Positions 34,139 to 44,307 of a stretch of DNA of 64,000 nt are shown here, in pieces (positions within the stretch are counted from its first letter, which is position 1; each line of letters starts with the position of its first letter). The notes under the pieces were generated by a model. That model saw only the letters and a program-made list of their open reading frames with translations. It was not told the origin of the DNA and searched no databases. The stretch is from Paludibacteraceae bacterium (GTDB taxonomy: Bacteria; Bacteroidota; Bacteroidia; Bacteroidales; Paludibacteraceae), in assembly GCA_905234025.1 (NCBI GenBank), contig CAJOFT010000001.1, positions 1,042 through 65,041 on the forward strand, given 5' to 3'. The position numbers were made by a program, and so were the translations under genes.

Positions 34139-36709
34139 ATGCAAGTTAAAGTTAGTCAAGTTAATCAACCGGCATGGCATGAGGTAATTGTTCGTGCTAA
34201 TTTGCCTGAGAATTTGAAGAAACTGCAAGAGATTGCCTACAATTTATGGTGGGTGTGGAACTCGGACGCTAAGAACATTTTCCGCGACATCGACCTTGAT
34301 TTGTGGCATCGTGCACAATCTAATCCCATTATGCTGCTCAACATTATCAGTTATGACCGAATGATTGAGTTGAGTGAAGACAAAGAGTTTATGCGCAAGT
34401 TGGATGAGACATATGCGGATTTCCGCGCTTATATGGATGAGCCAAAGACGCATGACAAGCCGTCAATTGCCTATTTCTCCATGGAATATGGTCTTACGCA
34501 CGTACTGAAGATTTATAGTGGTGGTCTGGGTATTTTGGCCGGTGACTACTTGAAAGAGGCATCTGATTGCAATGTGGATATGACTGCTATCGGTTTCCTC
34601 TATCGTTATGGTTATTTCACACAGACGCTTTCGCCGGAAGGACAGCAGATTGCTAATTATGAGGCACAGAACTTCCAGAACTTGCCGATTGAGCAAGTAA
34701 AGAATGAAGATGGTTCATTCATGGTGATAGATGTGCCTTATCCTGATCGTCTGGTACATGCCTATCTGTGGCGCGTGGCTGTAGGTCGTATCAACCTGTA
34801 TCTGCTGGATACGGACAACGAGTTGAACTCGGAGTGGGATCGTTCGATAACTCACCAACTCTATGGTGGCGACTGGGAAAACCGTATCAAGCAAGAGATT
34901 ATGCTCGGTATTGGTGGCGTGTTGGCACTAAAGAAACTGGGTATCAAGAAGGATGTTTACCATTGCAACGAGGGTCATGCAGCTTTGATGGGTCTGCAAC
35001 GTTTGGTAGATCTCGTACAAGAAGAGGGTCTGACCTTTGATCAAGCGAAGGAAATAGTTCGCGCAAGCGGATTGTACACTTGCCATACGCCGGTTCCGGC
35101 AGGTCACGACTACTTTGAAGAGGGCTTGTTCTATAAGTATATGAGCGAATATCCCAAGAAACTGGGTATTGAATGGAACGATCTCATCGGTCTTGGCCGC
35201 CAGAATCCGGATGACAAGAATGAGAAGTTCTCGATGTCTGTATTTGCGCTTAATACATGTCAAGAGGCAAATGGTGTTAGCTGGTTGCATGGCGAGGTAT
35301 CGAAGAAGATGTTTGCTCCCGTATGGCCGGGTTATTTCCCCGAAGAGTTGCATGTTGATTATGTGACCAACGGCGTTCATATGCCGACTTGGGCAGCTTC
35401 GGAGTGGAAACAAGTGTATAATGAGACATTCCCGAAAGGATGGTGGAAAGACCAGTCAAATCTGGAAATGTGGAAAGCATACAACGACCTGCCAGACGAG
35501 AAAGTGTGGGCTACTCGTATGCTGCTGAAGAATAAGTTAATAGACTATATTAAGGTACAGTTCCGTGAGGACTGGATGAAGTCGCAAGGTGATCCTGCAC
35601 GTATTGTTCGCGCGCTGAATGAGATGAATCCGAATACACTTATTATCGGTTTTGGTCGTCGTTTTGCAACATACAAACGTGCACACTTGCTGTTTACGGA
35701 TCTGGAGCGTTTGGATAAGTTGGTTAACAACCCGAGTTATCCGGTTCAGTTCTTGTTTACCGGTAAGGCTCACCCCGCAGACGGTGCAGGTCAAGGTCTG
35801 ATTAAGCGTATTATTGAGATTAGCCGTATGCCGCAGTTCCTGGGTAAGATTATTTTCTTGGAGAACTACGATATGCGTCTGGCCAAACGTCTTGTTTCGG
35901 GTGTGGATATCTGGTTGAACACGCCGACTCGTCCGTTGGAAGCTTCCGGTACATCCGGTGAAAAGGCTCAGATGAACGGTGTATTGAACTTCTCCGTATT
36001 GGATGGTTGGTGGCTGGAAGGCTACGTAAATGGCGCAGGTTGGGCTTTGACCGACAAGCGTACGTATGAGAATCAAGCTCACCAAGATCAATTGGATGCA
36101 GCTACGATTTATCAAATCCTTGAAAAGGAGATTATTCCGATGTACTATGCAAAGAATACAAAGGGTTATTCTCCTGAGTGGGTACAGACGATTAAGAACT
36201 CTGTCACCAAGATTACGCCGCGTTTCACAACCAAACGTATGATGGATGACTATTTTTCGAAGTTCTACAACAAGTTGGCTAAACGTCACGCTTTATTGAT
36301 GGCGGATAACTACAAGAAAGCTAAAGAAATTGCCGCTTGGAAAGAAAATATCGCTAAACATTGGGATGAGATAGAAGTTGTTTCAATGAATATTCCGTCT
36401 CCAATTGGCACAGAGCCGCCAAGTGTAGGTGATATCCGTCACTTACAAGTCGATTTGGATGTTCACGATTTGAACGATAAAGGTATCGGCCTGGAGTTGG
36501 TAGCAGTTCGTACTTCGATGCACAACAACGACAAGTTGTATGATGTAGTACCTTTGAATTTGACGAAAGTCAATGGTTCGCGCCTGACGTACGAAGCTGA
36601 TTACAAGCTCAACTATGCCGGTGGCATGAAGTTCTGCGTACGAATGTTCCCGCAGAACGACTTACTGCCGCATCGTATGGATTTTGCGTACGTTCGCTGG
36701 ATTGGTTAA
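34139..36709 (+). CDS. glgP: Alpha-glucan (glycogen/maltodextrin) phosphorylase, GT35
   Basis: Start taken at MQVKVSQ, downstream of the promoter, because the ORF-track start lies inside it. Motifs: [30 protein letters not shown]. Confidence 0.88.
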   Translation: MQVKVSQVNQPAWHEVIVRANLPENLKKLQEIAYNLWWVWNSDAKNIFRDIDLDLWHRAQSNPIMLLNIISYDRMIELSEDKEFMRKLDETYADFRAYMDEPKTHDKPSIAYFSMEYGLTHVLKIYSGGLGILAGDYLKEASDCNVDMTAIGFLYRYGYFTQTLSPEGQQIANYEAQNFQNLPIEQVKNEDGSFMVIDVPYPDRLVHAYLWRVAVGRINLYLLDTDNELNSEWDRSITHQLYGGDWENRIKQEIMLGIGGVLALKKLGIKKDVYHCNEGHAALMGLQRLVDLVQEEGLTFDQAKEIVRASGLYTCHTPVPAGHDYFEEGLFYKYMSEYPKKLGIEWNDLIGLGRQNPDDKNEKFSMSVFALNTCQEANGVSWLHGEVSKKMFAPVWPGYFPEELHVDYVTNGVHMPTWAASEWKQVYNETFPKGWWKDQSNLEMWKAYNDLPDEKVWATRMLLKNKLIDYIKVQFREDWMKSQGDPARIVRALNEMNPNTLIIGFGRRFATYKRAHLLFTDLERLDKLVNNPSYPVQFLFTGKAHPADGAGQGLIKRIIEISRMPQFLGKIIFLENYDMRLAKRLVSGVDIWLNTPTRPLEASGTSGEKAQMNGVLNFSVLDGWWLEGYVNGAGWALTDKRTYENQAHQDQLDAATIYQILEKEIIPMYYAKNTKGYSPEWVQTIKNSVTKITPRFTTKRMMDDYFSKFYNKLAKRHALLMADNYKKAKEIAAWKENIAKHWDEIEVVSMNIPSPIGTEPPSVGDIRHLQVDLDVHDLNDKGIGLELVAVRTSMHNNDKLYDVVPLNLTKVNGSRLTYEADYKLNYAGGMKFCVRMFPQNDLLPHRMDFAYVRWIG

Positions 36710-36726
36710 GAATGTTCACGAGCTAT

Positions 36727-36764
36727 AAAAAAGTGTGCCACTTTGCCATGGCACACTTTTTTGT
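36727..36764. terminator. Bidirectional terminator (glgP / mutL)
   Basis: 12-bp stem AAAAGTGTGCCA / TGGCACACTTTT with an 8-nt loop. The A-run and T-run are incorporated in the stem arms. Confidence 0.75.
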
Positions 36765-36779
36765 TTGTTATTAGAGAAT

Positions 36780-38594
36780 TTATCTTCCGATTCCAAAACG
36801 GCTTTGCAGTTCTTCGTCTGATAGGATAGAGATTACTTTCTTGCCGTCGGGTGTAAATATGTATTGAGGTAAATCAAAAAGCGCGCGCACTAATTCTTGC
36901 GCTTCATCGTCAGAGATTTTCTTGCCTGATTGCACTGCTGCATCTTTTGCAAGGGATAGTGCTATTTGATTTTTCCAACGCTCTTTAGCAGACAAGCCAG
37001 TTTCCCGAACAGTATGGATAATATTGTTTAAAGCAGTAATAGCAGCCTGTGTGTCCAACATGGCCGGAATACCGGAAATCGTGTAGGAATTCTTGCTGAA
37101 TTGCTCAATATCAAAGCCGAGTGCCTGCAAATCGTCTTTGATAGATTCTACCAATACAACATCATCGGGTGAAACATCAATCACTTCGGGGAAGAGGAGT
37201 TGTTGGGACGCTCCTCTCTCGGTTGTTATCTGCGCCATGAACTGTGTGAAGAGCAAGCAAACATGTGCTCTATGGCGATGAATGAATAATAACCCTTGGT
37301 TGGAAGGTAGGAGAAGGTATTTGTCGCCGTAGGAATATGGGCGTAGGTCGCTTACGGACAAGTCAAATAAAGCGGGATTTTCGTCTTCTTGTGGAACAAG
37401 CGAGCGCTTGATTTCAGAAGTAGGCGTATATAATTGTTCCCAACCTTTAGGCGATGGTGTGTGGTAGTTTGTTGCCGTGCTGCGGAAAGGGTTATAGTTA
37501 GGATCTATTACCACATGCGGCGAATGATTGGCACTTTCCATCAGTGCTTCGATAGGCATTTCTTTCTCGCCATCGCGATTGAAATCCAACGGCGGAGCGA
37601 TATTGAATTTTCCTAACGATTCCCGTACAGTTGCCAGCAGAATCTGGAAGATCATCTGTTCGTCTTGGAATTTTATCTCCGTCTTTGTTGGGTGAATATT
37701 TACATCAATAAACTCGGGGGCGATATCAAAGTAAATGAAATAGGAAGGATTGTCGTCGGCAGCCAACATGCCAGAATAGGCAGTCATAACAGCTTTGTGG
37801 AAATACGGATGACGCATATAGCGGCCGTTAACGAAGAAATATTGCTGGGTATTCTTACCTGCCGCTTCCGGTTTGCCAATGAATCCGTGTATGGAGATAA
37901 TCTCAGTTTCCGTTCGGATGTCCACAAATTGGCCTGTAAATGTTTTTGAACCTTTACCAAATACAGCTTCGATTCTTTGTTTTTCTGTTCCGACAGGCAG
38001 TTCCAGGACTATCTCATCGTTATGGACGAAGGTAAACTGCACCTTCGGATATACCAAAACTATGTGATAAAACTCCGTCAAGAGGTTGCGCAACTCGGTT
38101 TGATCCGTTTTGAGGAACTTGCGTCGAACCGGTACGTTGTAGAACAAGTTCTTTACTTTGATGCTGGTACCGACGGGACATTGGCAGGGTTCCTGGCTCT
38201 CCACTTTACTTGCGGAGATGTGCAAGAGAGTGCCCATTTCGTCCTCTTCCCTTCGGGATTGCACTTCGACTTGCGCTACGGCGCAGATACTTGCGAGTGC
38301 TTCTCCTCGGAAGCCCATCGTGCGGAGGGCGAATAAGTCTTGTGCCGTATTGATTTTACTGGTTGCGTGTCGTTCGAAGGCCATACGGACATCGGTTTCG
38401 CTCATGCCGGAACCATCATCAATTACTTGTAATAGCGTGCGACCCGCGTCACGAACGATAACCTGAATGCGGCTTGCGCCAGCGTCCAAGCTATTTTCCA
38501 CCAACTCTTTGAGGCAAGAGGCGGGTCGTTGGATGACTTCTCCTGCTGCAATTTGGTTGGCTACGCTATCGGGTAAAAGATGAATAATATCCAT
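36780..38594 (-). CDS. mutL: DNA mismatch repair protein MutL
   Basis: N-terminal GHKL ATPase (IAAGEVIQRPASCLKELVENSLDAG, DDGSGM, GFRGEAL) and the C-terminal dimerisation region. Confidence 0.92.
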   Translation of the reverse strand: MDIIHLLPDSVANQIAAGEVIQRPASCLKELVENSLDAGASRIQVIVRDAGRTLLQVIDDGSGMSETDVRMAFERHATSKINTAQDLFALRTMGFRGEALASICAVAQVEVQSRREEDEMGTLLHISASKVESQEPCQCPVGTSIKVKNLFYNVPVRRKFLKTDQTELRNLLTEFYHIVLVYPKVQFTFVHNDEIVLELPVGTEKQRIEAVFGKGSKTFTGQFVDIRTETEIISIHGFIGKPEAAGKNTQQYFFVNGRYMRHPYFHKAVMTAYSGMLAADDNPSYFIYFDIAPEFIDVNIHPTKTEIKFQDEQMIFQILLATVRESLGKFNIAPPLDFNRDGEKEMPIEALMESANHSPHVVIDPNYNPFRSTATNYHTPSPKGWEQLYTPTSEIKRSLVPQEDENPALFDLSVSDLRPYSYGDKYLLLPSNQGLLFIHRHRAHVCLLFTQFMAQITTERGASQQLLFPEVIDVSPDDVVLVESIKDDLQALGFDIEQFSKNSYTISGIPAMLDTQAAITALNNIIHTVRETGLSAKERWKNQIALSLAKDAAVQSGKKISDDEAQELVRALFDLPQYIFTPDGKKVISILSDEELQSRFGIGR

Positions 38595-38620
38595 AATGTT
38601 ATCGGCTTGATATATACTTT

Positions 38621-38653
38621 ATATCTAACGAATATCTAACGAATAACTAACGT
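38621..38653 (+). repeat. 11-bp x3 tandem array upstream of mutL
   Basis: ATATCTAACGA ATATCTAACGA ATAACTAACGT, lying between the stop at 38664-38666 and the mutL ATG at 38594. Confidence 0.9.
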
Positions 38654-38663
38654 TTGGCTTGTG

Positions 38664-38897
38664 TTAGCGTAGAAAAAAGTAGAGAACCAAAGCAAGGAGA
38701 AGGAGTGCAATCCAGAAAGTGAGTCTGGATTTATTTTTTGCGCGTAGAGAAGACATATTCTTCTCATGTTCTTCGCGGAAGGACCCACGATGAAGACGCG
38801 CAAGTTTTTCCTTGCGCGCCTCCTTCTCTTTGTCGTAGTAAATGGGGCGATAGTCCCACTCACGTGGTTTATTTACTTTCGGAAATAATACAGACAT
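38664..38897 (-). CDS. Small hypothetical protein with a C-terminal TM helix
   Basis: 77 aa with a basic N-terminal half and C-terminal LTFWIALLLLALVLYFFL. It sits between the lipoprotein gene and mutL on the same strand. Confidence 0.35.
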   Translation of the reverse strand: MSVLFPKVNKPREWDYRPIYYDKEKEARKEKLARLHRGSFREEHEKNMSSLRAKNKSRLTFWIALLLLALVLYFFLR

Positions 38898-38927
38898 TGT
38901 TATTATTTCTTAGCCACAAGGGCACGA

Positions 38928-40610
38928 TTACTTCACGATGGCAGCGAATTGTTCGTCTTCAGCGAACTTAGCGAATTCGATGTCGTCTTGAGCTTTCGCT
39001 TTGAGTTCAGCGTCACGCTCAACAGCCACTTTGAGGTTGCTGTAAACAGCGTCCCGGTCGTTGGTGCGAGCACCTACAACAGCCAGCAGATAAGCGGTAG
39101 TTGCGTTAGGCTCTTTTACGTTGTTGAGGGTTTGACGTGCGCCAGCATAGTCCTCGTCAAGGATTTGCTGAACGGCAGCGTTGTTAGTTGCGCTGTTGCC
39201 ATAAGCCTCTTTTGCAGCTTTGTAGTCACCCTTCATGGTGTAGAGTGTACCTTGAGCAGCCTTGAGGTCGCCGGAAGTGCCGGCAGCTTTGCCGAGATGC
39301 TCTTCTGCTTTGTCGAGGTCACCATCAGCCATAGCGGCGAGAGCTGCGTTGTAGTTTACGTCAGCGTTGTTGGGCTCAATTTCGAGGGCTTTATTGTAAG
39401 CACGACGAGCTTCAGCGATGTTACCTTCCTCGAAGTAAATCATACCGAGGTTGTTGTAAGCGCGGAAGTCACCGAATTGCTCAGCGGCCTTTTGATAGAT
39501 GGCTTTCTTTTCTTCTTTGTCCTCGGTGAGGGTAGCAGCATAAAGCATTTCCTCTACATTGAGTTGGCTGGGATCTTCCTTCACGAGTTGTTGGATTTCC
39601 TCATCGGATTTGCCAATAAGGTCAGTTGTGAGGATGAGGCGGCTGCGACGCAGAGCGGGCAGAATCTCGTCAGCAATAGTTTTGTACACATTGCTCAGAT
39701 TCTTGATTTGAGCTTCGCGCTCTTCAGGATCGCTGTACATGCTCAAAACGCGGAGTACGAGCTCTTTGTCTTGGATGTTGCTCTCTTCCATAGCTTTCTG
39801 GAAACCTTCCCAGTCTTCAGCGGTGGTGTTCGCTTCGATTTCAGCGTTCACTTTGTCCTTCTTCATTTGTTGTTGGAGGAACTTCTGTGCATTAGCCTGA
39901 CGTTGGTCAGCCAGTTTGGTGTTGAGGTCCATGCCACCATCGGGACTAGCGTAACCGCTAACCTCAAGTTTGTTGATAGCTTTCTTCTCATCATCGTTAG
40001 CGTCCTTAATAGCAGCCTGAAGGTTCTTAACTTCCTGGCTTCCAGTCTCCGAGCTACGGAGGTTAGATTGTTGGATGAGGAACTTAATGTCAGCCTCTTG
40101 CATCTCTTGGATGATACGTTGGAACTTGTCAGCCGTCAAAACGGTTTGGTTGTCCTCAGCTTGCGCGAGTTTAGCAGTAGCAACAAGACCGTCAGCTACT
40201 TTTACTTCAGGAATTTCGATTTCCTTTTTGCCCTTCTTAGCAGTAAAGCGGAGGTAGAGCTCCGATTTAGCCATAGCGGGGTCATAATCAAAACTGCAGG
40301 ATTGGCTGTATTTGCCACCCTCTTTGAATTTAACAACGGTACCGTTGTCTTTAATTTTCTCACCCACATAGGTAGCAGTCTCACCAACGAGTTCTCTGCC
40401 ATCAAATTTCAACACGGGAGTAACGGTAAGGATACCCTTTTTGTCGAATTTTTTAACGGGGAAAGTACCGGTGATGTCGGCATTTACCTTGTTCCCTACA
40501 ACAGCGAGGGGACTCGGGTTTACGTTGATTTGCTCAGGTTGAACGACCGAGCCGCAGGATGTCAGCATTGCAGCAGCAACGACAGACACAAGAAATAAAC
40601 CTTTCTTCAT
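38928..40610 (-). CDS. Lipoprotein with an OmpA-like segment and C-terminal TPR repeats
   Basis: Lipobox MLTSC. VSGYASPDGGMDLNTKLADQRQANAQKFL (OmpA-like motif). TPR units (AYNNLGMIYFEEGNIAEARRAYNKALEIEPNN...). Confidence 0.65.
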   Translation of the reverse strand: MKKGLFLVSVVAAAMLTSCGSVVQPEQINVNPSPLAVVGNKVNADITGTFPVKKFDKKGILTVTPVLKFDGRELVGETATYVGEKIKDNGTVVKFKEGGKYSQSCSFDYDPAMAKSELYLRFTAKKGKKEIEIPEVKVADGLVATAKLAQAEDNQTVLTADKFQRIIQEMQEADIKFLIQQSNLRSSETGSQEVKNLQAAIKDANDDEKKAINKLEVSGYASPDGGMDLNTKLADQRQANAQKFLQQQMKKDKVNAEIEANTTAEDWEGFQKAMEESNIQDKELVLRVLSMYSDPEEREAQIKNLSNVYKTIADEILPALRRSRLILTTDLIGKSDEEIQQLVKEDPSQLNVEEMLYAATLTEDKEEKKAIYQKAAEQFGDFRAYNNLGMIYFEEGNIAEARRAYNKALEIEPNNADVNYNAALAAMADGDLDKAEEHLGKAAGTSGDLKAAQGTLYTMKGDYKAAKEAYGNSATNNAAVQQILDEDYAGARQTLNNVKEPNATTAYLLAVVGARTNDRDAVYSNLKVAVERDAELKAKAQDDIEFAKFAEDEQFAAIVK

Positions 40611-40692
40611 AATAAATTATTAAACGTTTGATTTGTTTGTTTGTTCGTTCCAAAAGTGCACACTTTAAGGAAGGCGCACACCTTTCAGCCGG

Positions 40693-40724
40693 CAAAAGTA
40701 CAAAAAAAAATGTATCCGTGCAAA
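40693..40724 (-). promoter_or_regulatory. Promoter for the 40610 gene
   Basis: Reverse-complement TACTTTTG at 40693-40700 and TTTG at 40721-40724, with a 20-nt spacer. About 80-nt leader containing (CAAA)3. Confidence 0.55.
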
Positions 40725-40739
40725 AATCTTGTGATTTTT

Positions 40740-40770
40740 TTTGCATTTTCATAAAAAAAATGTACCTTTG
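40740..40770 (+). promoter_or_regulatory. Promoter for the 40790 gene
   Basis: TTTG at 40740-40743, 19 nt, then TACCTTTG at 40763-40770. Confidence 0.55.
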
Positions 40771-40789
40771 CAGTCAAAATCGCCAAAAT

Positions 40790-41488
40790 ATGTCCCGGAA
40801 ATCACTTATTTTTGTCATTTTAGTGGGTTTGTTGGTTGCCTGTCAACCTAAACCTTCCAAGGTCGAACAGATGCGTGCGGAGAAACGTTATCAGGATAGT
40901 GTGTCACTTTGTCAACAAGAGCAAACGCTGCGTTATTCGGATTCGTTGTTGCAAGTGTTGCTACCCCAATCGGATTCGTTGCTAAAAATGTTTCGTTATG
41001 AAAAGAACGACCGGTTTGAGAATCATGGCCATTATATTCATCCGCTGTTGCGGACGGTTATTCAGACACAACGTAACTTTTTGCAAGCAAGCGTTTCGGA
41101 CGATATGAAGGCAGTCGTGCGTAGTTATTATTATGGAGTAAAGTATATACATCACTCCTCGGTGCTATTGACAGCAGATGATGTAACCAATGATTTTCAC
41201 GGTGAGGCGCATATCTTTGAAGCCGATGGATGCCATGAAATATTGGCGCTGGATAATGACGAAGCCATTCGTTTGCTACAGTTTGTAAGTACATTCGCAT
41301 CATCTCGCATTAAAGTCACATTATCCGGAAAGGGGAAATGTGTATATTATTTGGGTGATAAAGACAAGCAAGCATTGATAGAGACCTTACGGCTACAAAC
41401 GCTGATGAACGGCATTCGTCAATTAGAAAATCAAAGCCGTCAAGCATCGCTTCAGATACAAAAATACAAAAAAAGATTAGAAAAATGA
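40790..41488 (+). CDS. Hypothetical lipoprotein
   Basis: Start taken at MSRKSLIF, downstream of the promoter. Lipobox LLVAC. C-terminal coiled-coil-like tail. Confidence 0.5.
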   Translation: MSRKSLIFVILVGLLVACQPKPSKVEQMRAEKRYQDSVSLCQQEQTLRYSDSLLQVLLPQSDSLLKMFRYEKNDRFENHGHYIHPLLRTVIQTQRNFLQASVSDDMKAVVRSYYYGVKYIHHSSVLLTADDVTNDFHGEAHIFEADGCHEILALDNDEAIRLLQFVSTFASSRIKVTLSGKGKCVYYLGDKDKQALIETLRLQTLMNGIRQLENQSRQASLQIQKYKKRLEK

Positions 41489-41495
41489 TGAATTA

Positions 41496-41527
41496 TTTGC
41501 ATAATTCAAAAAAAAGCACTACCTTTG
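41496..41527 (+). promoter_or_regulatory. pyrE promoter
   Basis: TTTG at 41496-41499, 20 nt, then TACCTTTG at 41520-41527. Confidence 0.55.
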
Positions 41528-41563
41528 CCCGCTTGAAAGAGTTACCTATTATAAAATACTACT

Positions 41564-42196
41564 ATGAAAACGCTTGAAGAACTCGTTGCAGAACGCCTTG
41601 TTGCGTTGAAAGCCATTAAGTTTCAGCCGTCCAGTCCCTTCAAATGGGGCAATGGTTGGGATTCGCCAATTTATTGCGACGACAGGAAGATTCTCTCTTA
41701 TCCGAAAGAGCGAGATTTTATCAAATTGGAGATGTCGCGTGTAGTGGCCGAGACGTTTCCTGAGGTGGATGTGATTGCGGGCATTGCGACAAATGCCATT
41801 GCTCACGGTGTTTTGGTTGCCCACCAACTCAGTTTGCCGTTTGTATATGTTCATCCGTTCCCGAAAGATCATGGATTGGAGAATCAGATAGAAGGCGATT
41901 TGCGTCCGCGACAGAATGTGGTAATTGTTGAAAATCAGGTTGCTATCGGTGACAATTGTCAGAAAGTCATCGAGGCTATTCGCAACAACGGCTGCAATGT
42001 GTTGGGCGTAGCGACAATATTTAATTATGAGTTAGAACTAGGCACCCAAGTACTACGCGATGCGAATGTACCTTTAGTGGCGCTCACGTCATTCTCAAAA
42101 TTACTGGAGGCTGCAAAACGCATGAATAATTTGCCAAAAGATCAGGAGACGTTGTTGCTTAATTGGCATAAGAATCCTCATAAGTGGAAGAAATAA
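41564..42196 (+). CDS. pyrE: Orotate phosphoribosyltransferase
   Basis: 210 aa. FKWGNGWDSPIYCDDR N-terminal motif and the PRPP-binding loop VVIVENQVAIGDN. Confidence 0.8.
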   Translation: MKTLEELVAERLVALKAIKFQPSSPFKWGNGWDSPIYCDDRKILSYPKERDFIKLEMSRVVAETFPEVDVIAGIATNAIAHGVLVAHQLSLPFVYVHPFPKDHGLENQIEGDLRPRQNVVIVENQVAIGDNCQKVIEAIRNNGCNVLGVATIFNYELELGTQVLRDANVPLVALTSFSKLLEAAKRMNNLPKDQETLLLNWHKNPHKWKK

Positions 42197-42197
42197 A

Positions 42198-42629
42198 ATG
42201 TCAGAACAGAAATACGAAAGCAAAATAGAGTCAATTCCTGCTCCGGTAGCACATGTTTATCCGGTGCTGAGTGACTTGTCTTCGTTGGAGCGTGTGCGTG
42301 ATCTTATTCCTCAGGACAAGGTGAAAGAGTTAGAGATTTCGTCCGATGCCGTGAAGATGAAGATTGACGGGCTTGGTCAGAAGATTACATTGCGCGTCAT
42401 GGACCGTATTGAAAACGACACGATTAAGTTTGGTTTGGACAATATGCCTTTGGAGATGAATTGTTGGATACAACTCAAAGAAGTGGCACCCAATGATACG
42501 CGCGTTAAACTTACTATTAAGGCGGATATTCCTCTGATGTTCAGGATGATGTTTGAGAAAAAGATTCAAAAGGGATTGGACGATGCAGCAAAAATGCTGA
42601 CCCAGTTCCCATATAGTCAATGGATATGA
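42198..42629 (+). CDS. Small SRPBCC/START-like protein (tentative)
   Basis: 143 aa, with a 1-nt gap after pyrE. Its size and beta/helix pattern are compatible with the SRPBCC fold. Weak call. Confidence 0.35.
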   Translation: MSEQKYESKIESIPAPVAHVYPVLSDLSSLERVRDLIPQDKVKELEISSDAVKMKIDGLGQKITLRVMDRIENDTIKFGLDNMPLEMNCWIQLKEVAPNDTRVKLTIKADIPLMFRMMFEKKIQKGLDDAAKMLTQFPYSQWI

Positions 42630-43291
42630 AAAGACCTAGAATACATCGCGAAGGAAGAAACATTATTATAGGCCTGTCGTTGGCGCTATTTGTGATCAAC
42701 GTACCGGTCTTCATGTACTTCCCTCATTGGATTTTTGCAATCACGTTGGTGCTCACCGCGTTATTGCTAGTGTTTGTTACCTATTTTTTCCGCAGCCCTA
42801 TTCGCGTGTTGGAAGTAGATGACCCGAATTTTATCATTGCTCCAGCAGACGGACGCGTAGTGGTTATTGAACCAACGATGGAAAATGAGTATTTTCACGA
42901 GGAGCGTCTGCAAGTCAGTATCTTTATGTCGCCGTTCAACGTACACGCTAATTGGTATCCGATTGAGGGAGATATCATTGTGAGCGAGCATCAGAAAGGC
43001 CGTCACAAAGGTGCATGGTTGCCGAAGTCATCCATTGAAAACGAGCGTTCGTTGGTGGTGATTGAGACATTTTCGAAAGTGCGAATTGCTGTGAGACAGA
43101 TTGCCGGTGCAATGGCTCGACGCATTGTGACGTATGCCAAAGTGGGTAACCGTTCACAACGCAATCATCATTTGGGCTTTATTAAACTCGGTTCGCGTGT
43201 AGATATGTATTTGCCGCTGGATACAGAGATGTTCGTGGAAATCGGCGAGCATGTACGTGGAAATGAGACAATTATCGGTCGATTGAATTAA
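42620..43291 (+). CDS. psd: Phosphatidylserine decarboxylase family protein (short type)
   Basis: N-terminal TM helices. SIFMSPFNVHANW. LGSRVD near the C-terminus (G-S self-cleavage site). Confidence 0.75.
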   Translation: MDMKRPRIHREGRNIIIGLSLALFVINVPVFMYFPHWIFAITLVLTALLLVFVTYFFRSPIRVLEVDDPNFIIAPADGRVVVIEPTMENEYFHEERLQVSIFMSPFNVHANWYPIEGDIIVSEHQKGRHKGAWLPKSSIENERSLVVIETFSKVRIAVRQIAGAMARRIVTYAKVGNRSQRNHHLGFIKLGSRVDMYLPLDTEMFVEIGEHVRGNETIIGRLN

Positions 43292-43316
43292 TTATTAACC
43301 CTTAAATACTAACACT

Positions 43317-44198
43317 ATGGACAAATTCCAAGAACTATTTGCGCAGTATCCGTTTGCGCTGACAGACGAACAGGTAAAAGCTAATGTTGCTGATATTCTT
43401 GCAAAGCATTTTGACGAGAACAACAACGTGGAAGTATGGAAAGAGTGCTTGCACCAAATTGACCTTACGACCCTTAGTGCAGATGATACTATCGCCAAGG
43501 TAGAAGGTATGGCTAAGGCTGTGAACGAGTTGGATAAAAACTATCCGGGCGTTCCCAATGTAGCTGCGATTTGCGTATATCCCGCAATGGTAGAATATGT
43601 GCGTAAGGCTCTCAAAGACCCGAAGTTCAATATTGCTTGTGTGACCGGCGTATTCCCGTCTTCACAGAGCTTCCTTGAAGTAAAAGTGGCAGAAACTGCT
43701 ATGGCACTCAAGGCCGGTGCAACAGAAATTGATATTGTGCTTTCTGTTGGTAAATTCCTTGAGGGACGTTTGCAGGAGTGCTTTGACGAAATTGCTGAGT
43801 TGAAGGCTGTTTGCGGTGATCACCATCTCAAAGTAATTCTGGAGACCGGTATGCTCCGTAACTGCGAGAACATCTGGAAAGCATCCATTTTGGCTATGGC
43901 TGCTGGTGCAGACTTTATCAAGACATCAACCGGTAAGATTCCTGTAAACGCTACTCCGGAAGCAACTTATGTTATGTGCCAAGCCATCAAAGCATGGAAA
44001 GAGAAAACCGGCAAGAAGATTTGCTACAAACCTGCAGGCGGCGTAAGTACAACTGCAGAGGCTGTACAGCACTTCACACTTGTTAAAGAGATTCTTGGTG
44101 AAGACTGGCTGAATAACGAGTCGTTCCGTTTTGGCGCAAGCCGTTTGGCAAACAACTTGCTGAGCAGCATCGTTGGCAAAGAAGTGAAGTATTTCTAA
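43317..44198 (+). CDS. deoC: Deoxyribose-phosphate aldolase (long form)
   Basis: IDLTTLSADDT, AAICVYP, KVILETG, and IKTSTGK (Schiff-base Lys context). Confidence 0.8.
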   Translation: MDKFQELFAQYPFALTDEQVKANVADILAKHFDENNNVEVWKECLHQIDLTTLSADDTIAKVEGMAKAVNELDKNYPGVPNVAAICVYPAMVEYVRKALKDPKFNIACVTGVFPSSQSFLEVKVAETAMALKAGATEIDIVLSVGKFLEGRLQECFDEIAELKAVCGDHHLKVILETGMLRNCENIWKASILAMAAGADFIKTSTGKIPVNATPEATYVMCQAIKAWKEKTGKKICYKPAGGVSTTAEAVQHFTLVKEILGEDWLNNESFRFGASRLANNLLSSIVGKEVKYF

Positions 44199-44215
44199 CC
44201 TACAAAGGTCTGAAT

Positions 44216-44251
44216 ACAAAAAAAGCACGCAAAAACGCGTGCTTTTTTTTG
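44216..44251 (+). terminator. deoC terminator
   Basis: AGCACGC / GCGTGCT stem with loop AAAAAC, followed by a T8 run. Confidence 0.75.
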
Positions 44252-44256
44252 ATTTA

Positions 44257-44288
44257 TTTGCAACTGTCAAAAAAAAGCAGTAATTTTG
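44257..44288 (+). promoter_or_regulatory. Promoter for the NfnAB-like gene
   Basis: TTTG at 44257-44260, 20 nt, then TAATTTTG at 44281-44288. Confidence 0.55.
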
Positions 44289-44305
44289 CACGCTAATTCG
44301 TGCAA
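44286..44305. promoter_or_regulatory. Inverted repeat overlapping the -7 box and the expected start site
   Basis: TTGCACG-CTAATT-CGTGCAA (7-bp arms, 6-bp spacer), ending 2 nt before the ATG at 44308. Confidence 0.35.
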
Positions 44306-44307
44306 AT

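Noticed and set aside
38949-40598. A 549-aa ORF on the + strand, antisense to the 560-aa lipoprotein gene. Similar long antisense ORFs lie at 17137-18357, 49025-50215, 22666-23640, 19325-20110, 24338-25177 and 35537-36289.
   Set aside because: The translations are low-complexity (V/S/F/L-rich) with no signal, motif or promoter. The opposite strand encodes proteins with clear lipobox, TPR, GHKL or GT motifs. The open antisense frames follow from the sense genes avoiding TTA, CTA and TCA codons, so they are by-products of codon bias rather than genes.
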